From Azolla caroliniana (lineage: Eukaryota; Plantae; Polypodiophyta), in assembly GCA_043228905.1 (NCBI GenBank), contig JBHGNT010001424.1:1-8652 (forward strand): DNA of 8,652 nt, written 5' to 3'. Shown in pieces: positions 7,410-8,652 of the stretch (positions are counted from its first letter, which is position 1; every line of letters starts with the position of its first letter). The notes under the pieces were generated by a model. The model was not told the origin of the DNA. It did not search any database and saw only the letters and a list, made by a program, of their open reading frames with translations. A program made the translations under genes and the position numbers.

Positions 7410-8652
7410 TCAGTTAGATTTACTTGTCTTAGTTGATCGGTTCGACTTACCTTCTACTCCTCGTTCAACCTTCTTCTGCGCGGTCGCTTGTTGCAATCCC
7501 ATATTTGTCCTTAGTTCCGAAGCGTTGATCTGGGAGTGGCTTCGTCAGGCAATCAACGATGTTCATCTTGGTGTCGATCTTCCGGACTTCGAGCTTCTTC
7601 TCGGTTATGAGCTCTCGGATGTGATGATATTGCACCTCAATATGCTTTGTCTTTGCATGATAGACACGATTGTTGATGAGGTGTATAATGCTCTGTGAGT
7701 CGCAATAGATGGTTGGCGCTGGTCGGTCGATTCGGCTTGTAGATGAGAAGTCGGCAGACAGTCGGTGCAACTAGATCGCTTCCTTCGCTACCTCCGATGT
7801 TGCTATGTACTCGACCTCTGTGGTTGATAGGTTCGTGCACTCTTGAAGCTTCGACCTCCATGATATAGCACCGCCACCATAGGTGAAAATATAACTAGAT
7901 GTTGACTTCCAATTGTCCATATTGCCAACATAATCGGAGTTAGTGTAGCCTCTGACTTCGGTTGAGGTTGTCAAAACGAAAGTTAGTTGTGTATCTTTGG
8001 TCCCTCTCAAGTACCTGAAGATGTGCTTGACGGCCTCTCAATGCTTCCATCTTGGATTCGACATGCACCGGCAGACCACCCCTACGGCATAGGCTAGGTC
8101 AGGTCGGGTCACCACCATTGCGTACATGATACAACCTACGGTGACTGATGCATAGGGCATCTTTCCATTAAGCTCTCTCTCGTTGTCGGTTGAAGGAGAG
8201 TCTTTGTCTGATAGTCAGATCGACGTCGGAAGCGGTGTCGGTGTTAGCTTCACATTCTCCATGTTGAAGCGATCCAGCACCTTTCGGATATAGTCGGACT
8301 GGGAGAGTCAGAGAGTCTTGGTCATCCGATCCTCATGCCCAGTATGTGACAGTCTTGTCTGAGTTCCTTCATCGCAAACTTGTCATGAAGGCTCCGCTTT
8401 AGCTTTCCGATTCTGCTTGATTGCTTCCTGCAATCAGCATATTGTCGACATATAGGATCAGATAAATCCTAGGCTCATCGGCCAATTGCCGAATGTACAT
8501 GCATGGGTCAGAGTCCGATCGGCGGTATCCAAGCTGCCTGATGTAGGAGTCGAACTTTTGGTACCACATCCTCGACACTTGTTTCAAGCCATAGAGATTT
8601 TTCTTCAGGCGGCATACAAGGTGACTTTCCTCCCTCGTCGCTGTGAAGCCTG
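7410..8652 (-). pseudogene. pol: Copia pol C-terminus: reverse transcriptase (RVT_2) and RNase H, frameshifted
   Basis: RT: VCRLKKNLYGLKQVSRMWY, SDPCMY, LILYVDNMLI. RNase H: GYTNSDYVGNMDNWKSTSSYIF, ISWRSKLQ..LSTTEVEYIA, IYCDSQS, TKHIEVQYH, NIVDCLTKPL. After a probable frameshift it ends LRTNMGLQQ...SKSN* (TGA at 7410-7412). The ORF-track frame stops at 7465. Confidence 0.95.

Larger units (their letters stand above)
6939..8652 (-). mobile_element. Ty1/copia LTR retrotransposon, 3' portion (RT, RNase H, 3'UTR, PPT, 3' LTR), continuing beyond the window
   Basis: Copia RT and RNase H motifs are followed on the minus strand by a PPT and an LTR ending ...TCAACA. Confidence 0.95.

Noticed and set aside
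3309-7861. ORFs 3309..3587, 5875..6111 and 7637..7861
   Set aside because: Off-frame overlaps of L1 ORF2 or copia RNase H.
3099-8652. RT genes as a prokaryotic retron, DGR or defence system, or a domesticated gene
   Set aside because: The domain order is standard L1 and copia, and both are riddled with stops and frameshifts.

Overview
This is eukaryotic (plant-type) repeat DNA with no recognisable host gene. It resolves into a nest of five decayed transposable elements. (1) At 1-~550 is a minus-strand fragment of a non-L1 LINE (post-RT region, RTE/RTEX-like). (2) At ~547-6938 is a near full-length plus-strand L1-clade LINE with a 5' microsatellite/UTR, ORF1 (DUF4283-like plus CCHC knuckle) and ORF2 (APE endonuclease, RT, zf-RVT), both disrupted. 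(3) A ~496 bp TIR-bounded, hAT-like non-autonomous element sits inside ORF1 (1500-1995). (4) A 409 bp solo LTR with a perfect GTTGC TSD also sits inside ORF1 (2647-3055). (5) The 3' part of a minus-strand Ty1/copia element (3' LTR, PPT, RT-RNase H) is inserted 9 bp after the ORF2 stop. Removing inserts 3 and 4 restores the ORF1 frame. I see no evidence for a novel functional system. The interest lies in the reconstructable nesting and possibly uncatalogued TE families. A fern or other non-angiosperm land plant host is my unverified guess.
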